A DNA stretch of 64,000 bases from Azolla caroliniana (taxonomy: Eukaryota; Plantae; Polypodiophyta): assembly GCA_043228905.1 (NCBI GenBank), contig JBHGNT010000011.1, positions 12,648,001 to 12,712,000 of the forward strand, read 5' to 3'. Below, piece by piece: positions 1-13,896 of this stretch (within the stretch, counting starts at the first letter, position 1; each line of letters begins with the position of its first letter). A program made the translations under genes and the position numbers. The notes beneath the pieces are model-generated. The model saw nothing but the letters and a program-made list of their open reading frames with translations. It had not been told where the DNA came from and did not search any database.

Positions 1-19
1 CTCGGAGTTATTCTTGGAA

Positions 20-592
20 TCAATGTGAGTAGTCATTATTGGAATGGAGTGAGTATTCTACTACTTCATGGATGGTGCCCAAGGAGGGCTTCCAAACAGA
101 AGAAGATGGAGGAGGAGCCTGAGGAGGAGCCTGAGGAGCCTGAGTAGCCTGAGGAGGAGCCTGAGGAAGGGTATGGTTGGCATGTGGCCCTGCTGAAGAC
201 GGCAGGATATGGTGAATCTGGAATATTTGCGTGGGGAGCAGGAAATAGGTGAAGCCGATCTGCAGCACATCGTGCACGGCCAGGTGCGGGGGCCGCCGCA
301 GAAGAATCGACTCCTTCTCCTCCAATTTTCCTGCTCCTGATCTACTACTCCCATTATCATCATCATCTCCTCCTCCGATGAGAGCAGTGAAGCTGCTCAG
401 ATCCTGCGACTCGCAGATGATGAAGGCGTCCCATTGGTACGCCGCCTCCTGCATCACCTCCTCCGCCTTCACCGCCCTCTTGAATTCCTGCACATGCCCG
501 TCGCAGAACACGAGCCGCGCCCTCTCCCTGCCTCCCCCATCTGACCTCCTCCTCCTCCTCACCATTCCGCAGCTCATCATTGAGTTCCCCAT
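20..592 (-). CDS. PADRE / DUF4228 family protein (intronless, 190 aa)
   Basis: N-terminal MGNSMMSC (myristoylation/palmitoylation-like), then ARLVFCDGHVQEF..VKAEEVM..FIICES, LQIGFTYFLLP and C-terminal WKPSLGTIHE, the typical DUF4228 motif order. Confidence 0.85.
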   Translation of the reverse strand: MGNSMMSCGMVRRRRRSDGGGRERARLVFCDGHVQEFKRAVKAEEVMQEAAYQWDAFIICESQDLSSFTALIGGGDDDDNGSSRSGAGKLEEKESILLRRPPHLAVHDVLQIGFTYFLLPTQIFQIHHILPSSAGPHANHTLPQAPPQATQAPQAPPQAPPPSSSVWKPSLGTIHEVVEYSLHSNNDYSH

Positions 593-974
593 TCACCACT
601 GTTTCTTCTGTTACACACTTCCGCTCTGCACTCTCTGATTAAAAGGCTTCGTTAATGACACTTAATCTCTCACTCTTATCACTTAAATCTCACGTTAATG
701 ACACTTAATCCCCAAAAACCTTCTTCACTCTAATCTCTTTCTTAATTACAGAATTAGTCGTCAAGCCCAAGAGGCTTAAATACCCCCACCCAAAAAGATA
801 AAAGGCTCCTCTTTTTTTTCTCTTTGTTTCAATCTCTTTTCACAAAAGGAAATATGTATTATATAACAATAAAATAAACCATTAAATAAAAAGATAAGAT
901 TTATTATTAAGGCCAATATGCTTTCAACTTTGCCCAACTTTAGATTATTAATGTGTCCACTCAATCATTCTTGA

Positions 975-1003
975 GGATGGATGGATGGATGGATGGATGG
1001 ATG
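975..1003. repeat. (GGAT)n microsatellite
   Basis: ggatggatgg... run visible. Confidence 0.9.
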
Positions 1004-3014
1004 TTCCCCTCTGTATGTCTTACATAAGTTTGGTCACATGGCCAAACCAAATTCAAACCAATGTGATGGTATTTTCAAGTGTCACATATGATGTAGTTGC
1101 CGCATCGACGTCGTCACTATCTTTGTAGGCTGCCCTCCCCTTCATCCAAACCTAGCATATTCGTGTCATACCACCACACATGGGCTTATTCCAATAGTTT
1201 TCTATCGTAAATGCTTGTGGATAAAAATATCAATACTATACCCCCCCTTTCCCTAGCTATGGGTTCAAGTAACCCACGTGCTTCTTGATATTATACACCC
1301 CCCCACCCCCCACCCCCCAAATATCACGTGATTCCCTTAGCTAAAACTAAAAATGTAGATCCACACCGCAACTTCAAGTTGTGCATGTGCTTCAAAAATT
1401 ATTTAATATTTCACAAGATTCATTCTTACATAAAACCAATCATTACATTGCAACAAAGATGACGTTAAGAGAAGTTGCATAAATTGATAGTGGGTTGATT
1501 AACGATCAAATTAGTTACACTAATGCAAATTACAATATCATCTAATTGCACAAAGAAGTTTCCAATTGTAGTTAACAACTCGATGATTATGGAACTACAA
1601 TCAACACTAATCACAACTACTTGTTTATTTTATACTAATCACAACGGTAATTTTCAAACGAACTAGAACGAGGATTATTGTAATAAGCACTAGCACAAAT
1701 ATCAATTAGGAATGTCGTTAGTGCATCCCGTCTAATGAATCATTGACTTTGCAAAGCAATGAATTTGCGAAGGATTAAAATATGAAATTGAGCATGTGCA
1801 CTATATCTAGTTTTTGAGCAAAGTCATCACATGATACTTTTAGAAATATAAAGGGGAAAGACCAATCATGCCCTTAGAGTTAGTAATATACTTGGGGAAA
1901 CATCCATGTTTTCCTTGATAGTTATCTACATTCGGCAAAGTATTTAAATATGAATTCAAGCATATGGCTACGGTTACTTTTCAACCCATGACATGATATG
2001 GTAGTTTTTGGCTTGCAAATATTCATTGACTAATGATACCCATAGTAATACGAAGAGTAGCATCAACATTTTCCGTCATAGTTATCTGCAACAATATATG
2101 ATCCCTAGAGGCTAAGCATCCAACATGACTTTTTATTTTGGGTTCATATTGACAATGGTGGTAGTTGACCCATTATAACTAGACACGTATCGTTAGACAG
2201 GGTAATCAAGTGATAATGAACAATCAAAATAAATAGTAAAAAATGTGGTATCATCATAATGACATATCAAACCCACTCTCTGTTTTGAATGGTGGAAATA
2301 AAATCATTGTTAAATGAAAGAAATGTAGTTCTCATATTTGTGAATTGTCAATGATCCAATAATGTTTATTTGTTATGAAACTGTAAATTTGAGTCAATTG
2401 CATTGCATTGAATACGGTTATCTCAACATTTGGACCACGTATTGTGTGGTGACATCAACATTGCAAGATACCTATTGCAATTTGTCTGTTTGTATGTATT
2501 CTGTGCTGGCTAAGAATTTTATTCAAAATTTTAACCACTAGGTGTGTGTGGATGTATATATGTATCTAGTTTATTTTATAATTTTTTGGTTGCAATGTTT
2601 GCTCTCCAACATTATTTTCTAAACGAGTTCAACATTGTATCAAAACTTATTGGAGTTTGCCCATTTAATTCGCAACTTGTAAATCGTTTATGTCACCTAT
2701 AAGGGAATTTATTATATATAGCAACCCACTTGTTGCATGTGGGGGTTCAAGTTAATCTTGATCATTAGAATCAGACAATGAAGTGCTTCTCTCCACATTG
2801 GACTAATCTATAGACAAACCTGTTTATTTGTGGCAACCACTTGAATGAGTAGAGAATCTTGAAGTCCACGACTCTAATCTTCATCGTTATCCTTAAATGC
2901 TAAAAACATGCAATATTAAAACCCATTTATGACTTTTTATCTAATGACAAAATATTGAATAGTTCGGAATGCAATTAATTTGTGCGCGAGAAAACCAATT
3001 GGATTAGAATAATC

Positions 3015-3251
3015 CATAGTACGTAATATACTAGAATGCATTGGCAAACATTCTTTTTCATACGAATGCACACGAATGTGTGTGTTATCAAAACATTCTT
3101 ATGTTTTTTTTTACACTTTTTACCTTATAAATAATAAATAATGAATACAAAAGTATGGTATTTACCATACTTTGAGGGTGTTTATCATGCTCAAATGATT
3201 GAGCCATTCTCGAATGCGAATGCACGTATGGTACGTATGGTTCATACTATG
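3015..3251. mobile_element. small non-autonomous hAT-like MITE
   Basis: Short TIR CATAGTACG / CATACTATG (8/9). 8-bp flanks GAATAATC (3007-3014) and GAATAACC (3252-3259) match at 7/8. Repeated internal GAATGC motifs. Confidence 0.5.
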
Positions 3252-3818
3252 GAATAACCCAAAAGGGAATAAGATAAATTGGCTTGATCACGTGCCCCCG
3301 AGTTTGTATGCATTCTTGGAAAACATTTAGTCAGTAGACACTCTATCACACTAAGTTCTTTGTTTATTAGATGACCCCCACACAATGGTATTGTATTTGT
3401 TCAATACATTGAAATCATAACATACACAAATTTAGCGTTATTATCATAATTTGGGAATGTCATCAAGAAACAAAAACATTAACATTTGGAATTCTAGAAA
3501 GGTGTTACACAAACTTTCACACTTCACATGGATGTTGGCCAAAATCCAACATATTAGAACACTTCATGCACATACACATAGTTTCACATAAAAGTCATCA
3601 ATTGACATTTCTCTTTACAATATACATACAAAGACTAATATATGCATGTAAATACAATAACCATAAAGGCACAAATGACTATTCAAACAACAAAATATCA
3701 CATGGCATAATGTAATATCAAATTTCAATTACATTGTTCACATTATTGAACTAATACATGACCACATAGTCACAAGTTTAAATAAAAATTTGCACTATGT
3801 CAAGGTATAATTATATAC

Positions 3819-4075
3819 CTATATTTCCCATCACACATCTTATATTGTGTGATATCTAATATAGTATTTGAAATGTATGTTTCTAAGTCGTCTACCTTTT
3901 TTGTTGTATGTGAAGCTCAAAGGTGATGGTTATGATGTAGATATTGAGCTTTGCATCCTCTATTTCCCATCACACATCTTATGTGGTGTAATATCCAATA
4001 TAGTATATGAAATATATGTTTCTAAGTTCTTTGTTTTTTTGTTGTGGGTGAAGTTCAAAGGTTGTGATGTAGATA
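3819..4075. repeat. degenerate ~140-bp tandem duplication
   Basis: ctatatttcccatcacacatcttat...tctaagt...gtgaag.tcaaagg occurs twice. Confidence 0.75.
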
Positions 4076-4146
4076 GCGTGCTCTTCATGAATGTAATAGG
4101 CATGAGCCTACACATTAGGAGATGTTTCAAGTGCTTCATCTAAGCT

Positions 4147-4241
4147 TGGAAGTGCATGTTCACATAGTATGGACATGGATCTGCCATTTTTTAAAATTGG
4201 AAGTGCATGTTCACATAGTATGGACATGGATCTGCCATTTT
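4147..4241. repeat. ~50-bp tandem duplication
   Basis: ttggaagtgcatgttcacatagtatggacatggatctgccatttt x2. Confidence 0.9.
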
Positions 4242-4773
4242 ATGACGTAGATAATGAGTCCATCATGACAAAGACATGATTATGTAATGTTATAACACAC
4301 ATTATCAATGTGCACAATCGCAACAAACTTCTTGGTCCTGGTCAAGGAATTGGGTGGTTGAGGTCTTAATGTATTTGGTTAATGTAGCCATAAGGATTAT
4401 TAAGACATGGAGAGATCATAACCTTAGTAGAAAGAAAAGAAAGAAAGAAAGATATAGCAAGGTCTTCTAAGGCTAAATTCGGCCCATGAGACAATTGATT
4501 ACAACAATGGGATGTGTACCCAATCATCGAAAATAAAAAATAAAAATAGAAACATAAATAGAAGAGTTTTAGTGTGGTACAAAATATGTGATGGGGTGTA
4601 ACATGTTCTACAAAGGAAAATGCTATATGTTGAGACTATAGGCAATCTAGGCAATTTAGATGGAATCCCAACCATATGTTCTAGGAAGGGTACCTCCCGT
4701 TCGACATAGCTAATATAATATTTGTTACTTTCATTTGCGTCCATGTATCGGTTAGTCTCCTATCTGTGAACAA

Positions 4774-4912
4774 TTTTAACACGATACCAAATCTGTAGAG
4801 GTTGTGCAAACATATGTATATGATAATTGTAGAAGACAATTATCATATACGTTTTAACATGATACCAAATCTGTAGAGGTTGTGCAAACATATATGATAA
4901 TTGTTGAAGACA
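4774..4912. repeat. ~78-bp tandem duplication
   Basis: ttttaacaYgataccaaatctgtagaggttgtgcaaacatat...gataattgt.gaagacaa x2. Confidence 0.85.
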
Positions 4913-5632
4913 AATTCGAGCAAAGGCGAAGACAATTAAGTGAAGGATTATGGGTGCTAAGACCTATTTTTAAGAAAGTGTAACTGAACCATTAGTTCTT
5001 CATATTCATAAATATTGGATTTATTAGAGGGCAAGCCCCTAAATGCAAAAAACTACACATTGTGGAAATATAAAATGATCATCATTTGGTTCCTAGAAGG
5101 TTCTACAAATTACAATTGACATTGATATGTAGCTAATGGAAATCCATTTATCTAATTCAAAGAACATAACAATTCTTAACTCTCAGAACCATAGCAAATG
5201 TGTATACATGGAATGTCGATGTTGTGTACATCTAGGGTGTCAGTTTCTTAGAGAATCATACAAATCCCTTTGAGATGTGGAATGACACCATGATCCAAAA
5301 CCTAGCAAATAAGATACATTGTCAAAGAGAATGATGGAAGGGGAGAAAGATGATACGTTTAATACACAACTAATTAACTTCAAGATCAAATGGCTAAGGT
5401 AGGTTCATGAATTTCATAGAGGATTTGGTATGATGTTGTGCTCATGCATGACTCTCAAAGTTTGATGACATGGTCCCAACATCGCATAGGGTTGGTGGAG
5501 TCCACAAAGTAGTTGAGCATATTGAAGGTGAAATCATGCATTGCCCTCAAAGTTGAATGTCCTAGTCAAAACATTTTCTATTCCTGTGAGAAATCACTCA
5601 ATTTCCTTCGAAGATTTCTTTGCATCAATTAA

Positions 5633-5634
<2 letters not shown>

Positions 5635-5662
<28 letters not shown>
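5635..5662. repeat. (AG)n microsatellite
   Basis: agagagag run. Confidence 0.9.
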
Positions 5663-5665
<3 letters not shown>

Positions 5666-5717
5666 AAAATGAAGTGGGAGACTAAGCTAAGATAGGAGTT
5701 TTAGAGCTTAATACTAA

Positions 5718-6876
5718 TGTAAGCATAAGATAAGGAAATATAAGATAGTTATAAAGAGAAGAGAGAGAAAGAAGGGTGTTGATCCACCCAACCACCCTTT
5801 TGAGCAAAGGGATTGAGACCAACTCGAGCCTCGATCAACATTCCATACCACCACCTTGGCATCAAGTCATACCTCGTACTTGCGCACTCACTACCAGAGT
5901 TTGATCACCACAAGCTCAGAGTTTCGATGTAGTCTATAATGTGTTAAATGAGGGTAGCTAGGTCGAGTCATATTTATAGCCAGACCTAAGGCCCTTAGGC
6001 AAGTTCACACTTAGCCCTTATGGGTTGTCTCAATTCCTTGGATTAAAAGTCATCCTCCCTTCTTTACACTCTCGGTTAACCCTCACATGTTATCCTCGTG
6101 TATAACATACTAAGGTATAACTTACCACGGGATACTTTATGGTCATGTTCGTAACATGCCCCCCTCTTTAAAACATTGCACTCTTGCAATGAAAAGTTAG
6201 GGAAGTTAGTTTTAAGAGTATGTTCTCGTTCCCATGTAGCATCTTTGATAGACTTATCCATCCATTTAATAACCAGGTATAACTTACCACGGGATACTTT
6301 ATGATCATGTTTGTAACATGCTCCCCCTCTTTAAAACATTGGACTCTTGCAATGAAAAGTTAGGGAAGTTAGTTTTAATAGTATGTTCTCGTTCCCATGT
6401 AGCATCTTTGATAGACTTATCCATCCATTTAATTTTAAATTCTTGGATTATTTTAGAATGCAAATGTTTCATTTTAACATCGAGAATTCTCTCTAATAAA
6501 TGTGGTTTAGAAGCTAAATCTTCAAAAGTAACCAGAGTTTCAGTTGTAGCTGTATTTTCGCCAGAATCAAGCAATTATTTTAGACAGCTTACATGAAAAA
6601 TGGGATGGATTTCAACACCATCAAGAAGCATGAGACGATAGGATGATGAACCAACACGTTTAAGGACTATGAAAGGACCACAAAACCGTGGGGCTAACTT
6701 AGCACACTTACTCATAGACAATGTCTTAGAATTGTGAGGCACACATAGAAATACATTCTGTCAAGGGTTGAATACACGAGGTTGCCTATTATGGTCTACA
6801 TAAAAAGCACTCTATCTTGAGCTGTTTTTATATTATCTCATGCAATATGCAACATATCTTGCATATCCCTTAGAAA
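5718..6876 (-). mobile_element. 3' remnant of a chromoviral Ty3/gypsy element (integrase C-terminus, chromodomain, PPT, 3' LTR)
   Basis: Minus strand encodes KLAPRFCGPF..YRL...IHPIFHVSCLK (GPY/F) and ERILD..EFKIKW..DATWE (chromodomain). PPT AAAGAGGGGG(A/G)GCA is followed by TGTTAC at 6318 and 6156. LTR left end (~5718) is uncertain. Confidence 0.8.
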
Positions 6877-7247
6877 TGTTTACGTACTTTGCAACTCATC
6901 ATGATGTATATTAACATCAATCAGGGCTAGTGACTGAAAACAATACATCAACATAAAAGGACTATATCTCATCGATGCATGTTTGGAGTTATTATAAGAA
7001 AACACCAAAATTGGGAGATAACGTTGTCGTGGAGGATTCCGGCCACTAGGGGAAAGGTTCGGTTGGCGTGTGTGAACATGGGAGGTGCATGTATGCGCAT
7101 GAACTTGGGCTAATGTACAAACAAATGTAAATATCAAAGTATTAATAAGTATAAGGTAGGATTGTTTAATAGGTACTTTTATGATCCCACAAACTGAGGG
7201 GAATGATAGTGTGTGATGGAGGAAATCATGGAGGGAATCTTTGACAA

Positions 7248-7680
7248 AAGTGGTTGTAATAACAATCTGATGTAACATCGACCCTCCCTCTCCTTGGAGC
7301 TATAAAGGGGAGGGAAGGTGTCAGTAGAGGGGATCATTTTTTTTTCAGAGTGGGGAAGAAGCTGCCGGATTGGGAAGCGAAGGGCTGTAGATTTTTCAAC
7401 TCTATGCAATCGGTTAGGTGGTGTGAGGCCTCTGCTCGCGTAGGAAGCCTGCGTGCTTCTCTGACAGAAGTGGTTGTAATAACAACCTGATGTAACATCG
7501 ACCCTCCCTCTCCTTGGAGCTATAAAGGGGACAGAAAGTGTTTTGTTGAGGGGGTTGTTTTTTTCCAGAGGGAGGATGGTGTTGCCGGATTGGGAAGTGA
7601 AGCGATGTAGATTTTCCAACTCTATGCATTCAGTTAGGCGGAGTGAGGCCTTTGCTCGCGTAGGAAGCCCGTGTGCTCCT
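7248..7680. repeat. ~220-bp tandem duplication inside an unclassified, LTR-like repeat (~6877-8270)
   Basis: aagtggttgtaataacaaYctgatgtaacatcgaccctccctctccttggagctataaaggg...gattgggaag...caactctatgca...gtgaggcct.tgctcgcgtaggaagcc x2. Confidence 0.75.
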
Positions 7681-9987
7681 GACTAGAGGCTCACCTCTGT
7701 GTGCGTGCATGTGCGTGTACACCGAGCTCAAAGCTCTGTTTCCGACCTAAGGCCATCCTTGTAATCTTCTTTGTTTTTAATCGATTATTTGGCATTGTTG
7801 TATCTGGGTGCTCTTCTTGAGGTGCTTGTTTGTCTCTCTCTGAGTCGTGTCAATACCCCTAACTTGTCTGTGGTGTTCAGGGAGGTATCGTTTTTCCCTT
7901 CTCTATTCTACGCTTTCCTACTTATTCATGAGGGCCCGTGTGCTCAACTTCTAGAATCCAGTGACAATGCCAAATTAGATACAATTCTGCAAGCTTGTGC
8001 ACTTAGTATCCTGCCTCAGGTAATCAGACCGGATAGACCATTGCCAGCTTAGTAGCCTCTCGTCCTTAGGCTCTTTGGTCAGAGACACCGGTGGTCCCGC
8101 TCGAGCCCACCTGCAAGCTGCTGATTTCTGCGACATCTTCGGTGAACCTGATGTGAAAAGGGCAGCAAAGGAGTTTTAAGATGAGAAGGGGTGAACTTGC
8201 AGAAGCAATGGCGGCCATTGTAGACTGCCTCGTGAACGTTAGGAACAAGAATAGAGGTAGCAACATATCTCAAGACCAAGTCATTAATGTGAAGCATTGT
8301 AATTTGTTTACACATGATTTGACGAAATTTAAGCATTCATTCTAACAGAAAAAGATAGTGTTTAAACTATGATTTGCAAACAATATTCAATGCCCTCTAG
8401 GTGTGTGACATAAGTTTCGAGAATCAAGTTATAGTGGTAACAATAAGGTGTTTTAAAAATCACAGGGGTGACATAAAATGTCTTTACCTTATCTCTATTT
8501 CAAATATTCATGGCAACTCCCCAAGGCTCAACCATGTTGTCTACCTAGAGGCATTATACGCACATGCAAATACGCGGATGAAATGCAATCATTGTGCCCA
8601 CAAAAGTGTTTTCGGATCTTTAAATCCCCCAACGGGACCTTGAATTGCACAATGATATAATGCAAGGACAATGCGTATATTTGCCCAAAAATACTGCAAG
8701 AAAACAACATTAGAGTATATTGTTATGATTCATTTGTCACAAACGAACTACACATCAATGTAGAAGGGTTGTCAAATACATGCTTAAGGTTCAAAAAAGT
8801 TCCTTGATTTGACTTCCTAGAATCACATGGGAAGTGAGCAAAAATATCCAAAAGACACATAACAACAAAATTGTGTGTTCTAGTTGGATACAATATATGG
8901 GAAAATGGTTTGGAAGATGGAATGCAACACACTTGCTTCATGATGCACCACTAGATCCCTTTGTAAATGAGACATTTTCCAATGTCAATGTATCATGACA
9001 TGGGAAAAATGTGTAGGCCCACGCTTCACACATTATACTACATATATTGCACCTTACTACATATTAAGAATCAAGCTCAACCTAGTGCAATGTGTGAACA
9101 CACCCTTTGAGAATCTACATGATCACTCAAAGGTCAAGAGTCACACCACTACTCTCTACATTAACTATGTGTCATAGAATCATATTCTATGACACATAAC
9201 TAATGAGTTCCATATTTCCCATGACTATGAGTCTTCACATTCCCGAAGAGAGAGTAGTTTTTGTAGCGAGTTAATGACGAGAGAGGGTGACCTTATATAA
9301 AGCACCCTCCTCCTACTTCATAAAAGGTCGGTTATGACTCCTTGTAATGCTACATTTTTGTATCTCATATTCTCCTTGTGAATATACATCTTAATCTTCT
9401 TGAGTATTTCATTTCTCTAGCTTATCTATCTTGTGTTTTTCTTCTCTCATCTTTTTCCCCTCACACATACACACACATAACACACATCTCTTCTGCTACA
9501 CAAGAATCATATCAGATTCTTTACACTACAAAACCATATTCATTGTCGAACGGGGAAACTGGTCACGTCAAATAACTATTAGAGTTCATCTTGTTATTTT
9601 TCATCCGAACTATTGCTTCCATGTGACTTAGCTCACACACATTACGATGTGAGATACGACATTACGACATAGTTGATGAGAGTGGTCAACTATGCACACT
9701 TTGCCCGGAACCAGTTCGGGAATCTAAGTATTAGTCTTTGATACAATGCTCTATCTTTGGTCTCATTTGACTATGCTTTCCACACATCTTCGACCAAACC
9801 CAATACTTGCATGAATTTCTCTCACAGTCACAATATGCACTTTCAATAACAACATTAGTTAGTAAGGTTCTTGAACATTGAGAGACGCTACTCACTTTCA
9901 TATGTAATACATGAATTGTAATATTTTTGGTCTCATAGGTCATATTTGACCTTCGAAGATGATAATTAAGAATATTATATTAAGTAA

Positions 9988-11851
9988 TGACCGATTCAGA
10001 CACATGTACCGATCCGGAGCCGCACCGTTTTGAATCCTAACCGGAGTATGTATGCACCGTTTTAGATCCTTGTCGGCTACCTATATAAGGAGTCCGGATT
10101 GTATGTATTAGAGAGCGAGTAATATAATCTTGTGTTGTCTATCTTCTGTACTTATCATCCGCACTTTTAACTTATAATCTTACGCGTGTTAATTCATTGC
10201 CGGATATTGTATATGTGTATCGGATATGTGACCAGACCATTTATGATTATCTATGTATCAATCCATCTTTCCAACCACACCTTTGGAGAGTATTCCGGAA
10301 AGGGAATACCTTGTGCTTGTGACTACAACTAGTCCAGGACAAACACAATTTTGGCGACCACGATTTCTGCATAGAGCAGTGAACGACAGAGGATGGATGT
10401 TGTCTAGATAGATAAACGACCCAGTAACCGAAAGAGCAAGGAGACTTGCCAACAGTCTACGGAGACGGGAAGCGCACCAATAGGCAGATGAGGCGATTCG
10501 ACAGGATCGGTCCTTTCCAAGAACGCTTTGGAGGATCGCGGAAGAAACAATCTGGATATAGAATCAACGTCGCTCGGACGATGAAAGCAATCTAACAGAA
10601 CTTGTCGATGCCGAAGCCATCTTGCAAACATTAGCAGCCAAGGTAAGGGATTGGGCGCCTTTTTGGCACTTGAATCGGACTCAGATAGCGATACAAACGA
10701 CGAGCGGAGTGTCCAGTGTAACTACCGCTCTAGTCACAGCATTCCGAAGGAGGAGGTGGTGTTAGAGCGAATGCCAACATCAGAATTGGCGGTCCAGACA
10801 CCAACACAACTAGCTGAATCGAAGATACCAACACAATCAGTGGAATCAAAGACCAAGGCACCAACACCACTGGTAAAGGAAGCTATCTCGGAGCAGATAT
10901 TGTCGACCACGACAGTACGGGCCGACGAAGAGGACACAATGTCATATCCTTAACCTAGGTACAATGATGAGCCGGACATCAAGGCACACATCCGTGCATT
11001 CCTGACGACATGGCAGGCAAACTACGTCTTGCAGCGACTATTCGAAACCGATGGAAAAATCAAAGATTGCCGAATTCGGGTTATCACTGGAAAGACAGGC
11101 TACGAGATGGTATTCTCAACACAACCCAGGGGATTTCGCCACATTCCATGACTTGAGGGACAAGTTCATGCGGTTGTTCCACCGACATGTCGCCTAGAGA
11201 GAACTAACCGGTTGGTTTTACGCAACTTATCAAGAGGCCAATGAGACGGTGTCGTAGTTTATTATAGGATTCCGGAACCTGCAAAGACAGCTGATGCAAT
11301 CACCACCGAAGGATGAAGTAAAGGAAATATTTTTGACGGTGCTATGGGAGCCACTCCGAACAATGCTGGCAATCCTAGATTTTAGGACAAGCACCATCGA
11401 CCAAATAATTGACAGAGTATTTGACATGGATCGGGCCCAAAACAACAATAACATGTTGATGGGGGAATTACAAAGAGCATTGCCCAAGGAGGAGGACCCG
11501 CGGTTTCGTTAGGCAATATAATGCACAACTTGCTTGAACCCAAGCCATTCAAGCCTGGAATGCACAATGAGAACGCATTGTGCGTTATGCCACTCAAGGG
11601 CACATACGATAGACCAGTGTGAGTATAACTTGTTAAATCGGCAAGCAACAGTAGTACGCCAAATAGAGCCCTGCGATGAACGACGACTGGAAGAAGAGTG
11701 GTTCTGGCGAGATGAGCAATATGGATCAGATGAAAGATTCCAATATGAGGACAACTGAAGGAGAGACGATTACCCACGACATAGATACGATCGGGAGTAC
11801 TCTCTAGACTATGATCGACACAGAGGAACGGAACGAAGATATTAGGACTAT
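9988..11851 (+). mobile_element. E4: 5'-part (LTR remnant, PBS, degenerate gag) of a Ty3/gypsy element of the same family as E3/E1
   Basis: TATATAAG at ~10083. LTR ends ...AACA(CA) ~10345-10347. PBS TGGCGACCACGATT (10352) is identical to that of E3. Gag fragments TIDQIIDRVFDM..LQRALP, HSSLECTMRTHCALCHSRAHTIDQCEYNLLNR match E3 Gag. Truncated by a copia LTR at 11852. Left boundary approximate. Confidence 0.85.
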
Positions 11852-13878
11852 TGTTCTTCTAATGACAAATGACAGTCGACAGCCGATAGACACAATGGAT
11901 CAAAAACCTCATTTCCGAGAACGTTCTATCAAGATGATTGTGGATGGAGATATGGTGTTTTTCGACAATGATTCCTTAATTAGAACTTAGTGTAACATAG
12001 GTTACTTAGAGATCACTTAATAGACTTAGAACGTAACTATTGATCGCTTGTTGGTTGTAATTATAAATGTGTGTAACAGAGACTAAATTCGAACATCTGA
12101 CATGGTAAATAGATATGAGAATAAATAAAACAGTCGACATAGCGGATACTCTAACTACCAAAAATTATATTAAAACCTATAAAGAATCGTGAGTGGCATA
12201 GGTGATTCTATGCAACGGAAGTGAACTGTGTGTGTATCTAAGAGAAGCTGAGAGAGAGAGAGAGAGCTTGAGCAAGAAGTTCTATATTAGTGAAAAGATA
12301 AATTACATCCAACAATAACTAGGTTACAAAGATTTGGTTTAAATACCAACTATTCTAGGGCAAGTGGCCTTTTTACTAATTACAAAACTAGTGTAAGTAT
12401 GATGTCCATTGGCTAGTGTGAACACTGTCTCTAAGGGAAGTTGAGTTCAATTCTCAACAAGCCCCTTCAAACACAACTTACGGATGTCGAAAAGTTGGTT
12501 CAGTTCGATCCTTGAAAATCTTCGATTTGGTTGAATCGTTTTCGGAAGGTCAGTCGGCACGACTTTGACTGATCAGGTGTTGCATGCTCCTTGTTTGGCT
12601 CGATTATCATCATATTTCAACTCCTCTAGTGGGCATCGATCGGATGTACAACTGCTGATGTTTTTCGGTATCCTGTTTTTTGGTGTTCCCCCTCAAGCGT
12701 AGCTAGTCTGTGATCGAGAGACCAAGGTTCGTTGCGAACTGTCGCAGCTTGTCGATACCCAAGGCTTTTGTGAAGATGTCGACCACCTGAAGATTCATAG
12801 TGATGTGTTGTAAATCGACATCTCTAGCCTGAGCGCGATATCGGATGAAGTGATAGTGCACTTTGATATGCTTGGTTCGCTCGTCGAACATGGGGTTCCG
12901 AGCCAGGTAGATACTACTCATGTTGTCATAGTAGAGGAGAATCGAATCTTTGATGGGAACGCCCAGATCCATCCATATACGCTTTAGACAGATGACCTCG
13001 CATGCGGCGACTGTTGCGCCCTTGTATTTGGCCTCTGTGCTCAATAGTGCAACTGGTGGCTGCTTCTTACTACTCTAGAAGATTGTGCCGCTACCGAGAG
13101 AGAAGACGAATCCTGAAGTTGATCGTCGATCGGCCTTATAGCCGGTTCAGTCCCCATCTGTGTACCTTTGAGCCGAATGATTGTGTCGACCTTATACATG
13201 ATGTCGTACTCGATTGTCCCACGAACGTTCTTGAGTACTCTCTTAGCACAATCAAGATGTATGTCCTGAGGTTTCTGCATAAACTGGCTAAGTAGATCGA
13301 CCGAATAACTGAGATATGGTCGGGTAATGGTTAGATAGATTAAGCTACCGATCAGTTGACGATACTGAGTCGGCTCACAATCTTTTGTTCCCGAATTGAC
13401 ATCAAGCTTGAGATTTCGATCGAGAGGGGTCAACACAGGTTTGCACTCAATCATCCTGAACTTGTAGAGTAAGTTGAGAATGTAGTGCCATTGAGAGATC
13501 AATATCCCAAGTGGTGTCCGAATTACTTCGATACCGAGGAAGTAATGGAGCTCGTGCATATCTTTCATTTCAAATCTGTCGGATAGTAGTGATTTTCCCT
13601 TGGTAATGTCAGCTAGATCCTTTCCTCTGATGACGAGATCATCCACGTACAAGATGATGACAATTGGGTTGGTGGACTCGTTTTTTATGTATAGGGAGTT
13701 GTCTAATTTCGACATTCGGAAGCTGATTTGATGAAGATACTAGGTGATCTTCGAATTCCAAGCACGCGGTGCTTGCTTGAGTCCATACAACGGCTTCTTG
13801 AGTCGACAAAATGCTTTCAGGTGTTTTCTCGATTTGAACCCGAGTAGTTGAATCATGAAGACCTCTTCTTCTAATTTA
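11852..13878 (-). mobile_element. Ty1/copia remnant (RT, RNase H, PPT, 3' LTR 11852-12459)
   Basis: LEEEVFM..LKKPLYGLKQAPRAW, ILYVDDL, YRQLIGSLIYLTITRP, STEAKY, RTKHIKVHYHFIR, VDIFTKAL. TTGAAGGGGCT is followed by TGTTGAG at 12459, and the LTR ends ...AACA at 11852. Confidence 0.9.
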
Positions 13879-13896
13879 GATCTTAGTGAGCGTAGC

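Noticed and set aside
8270-9900. Possible degraded transposase or LTR
   Set aside because: No motif, terminal repeat pair or TSD that I can support.
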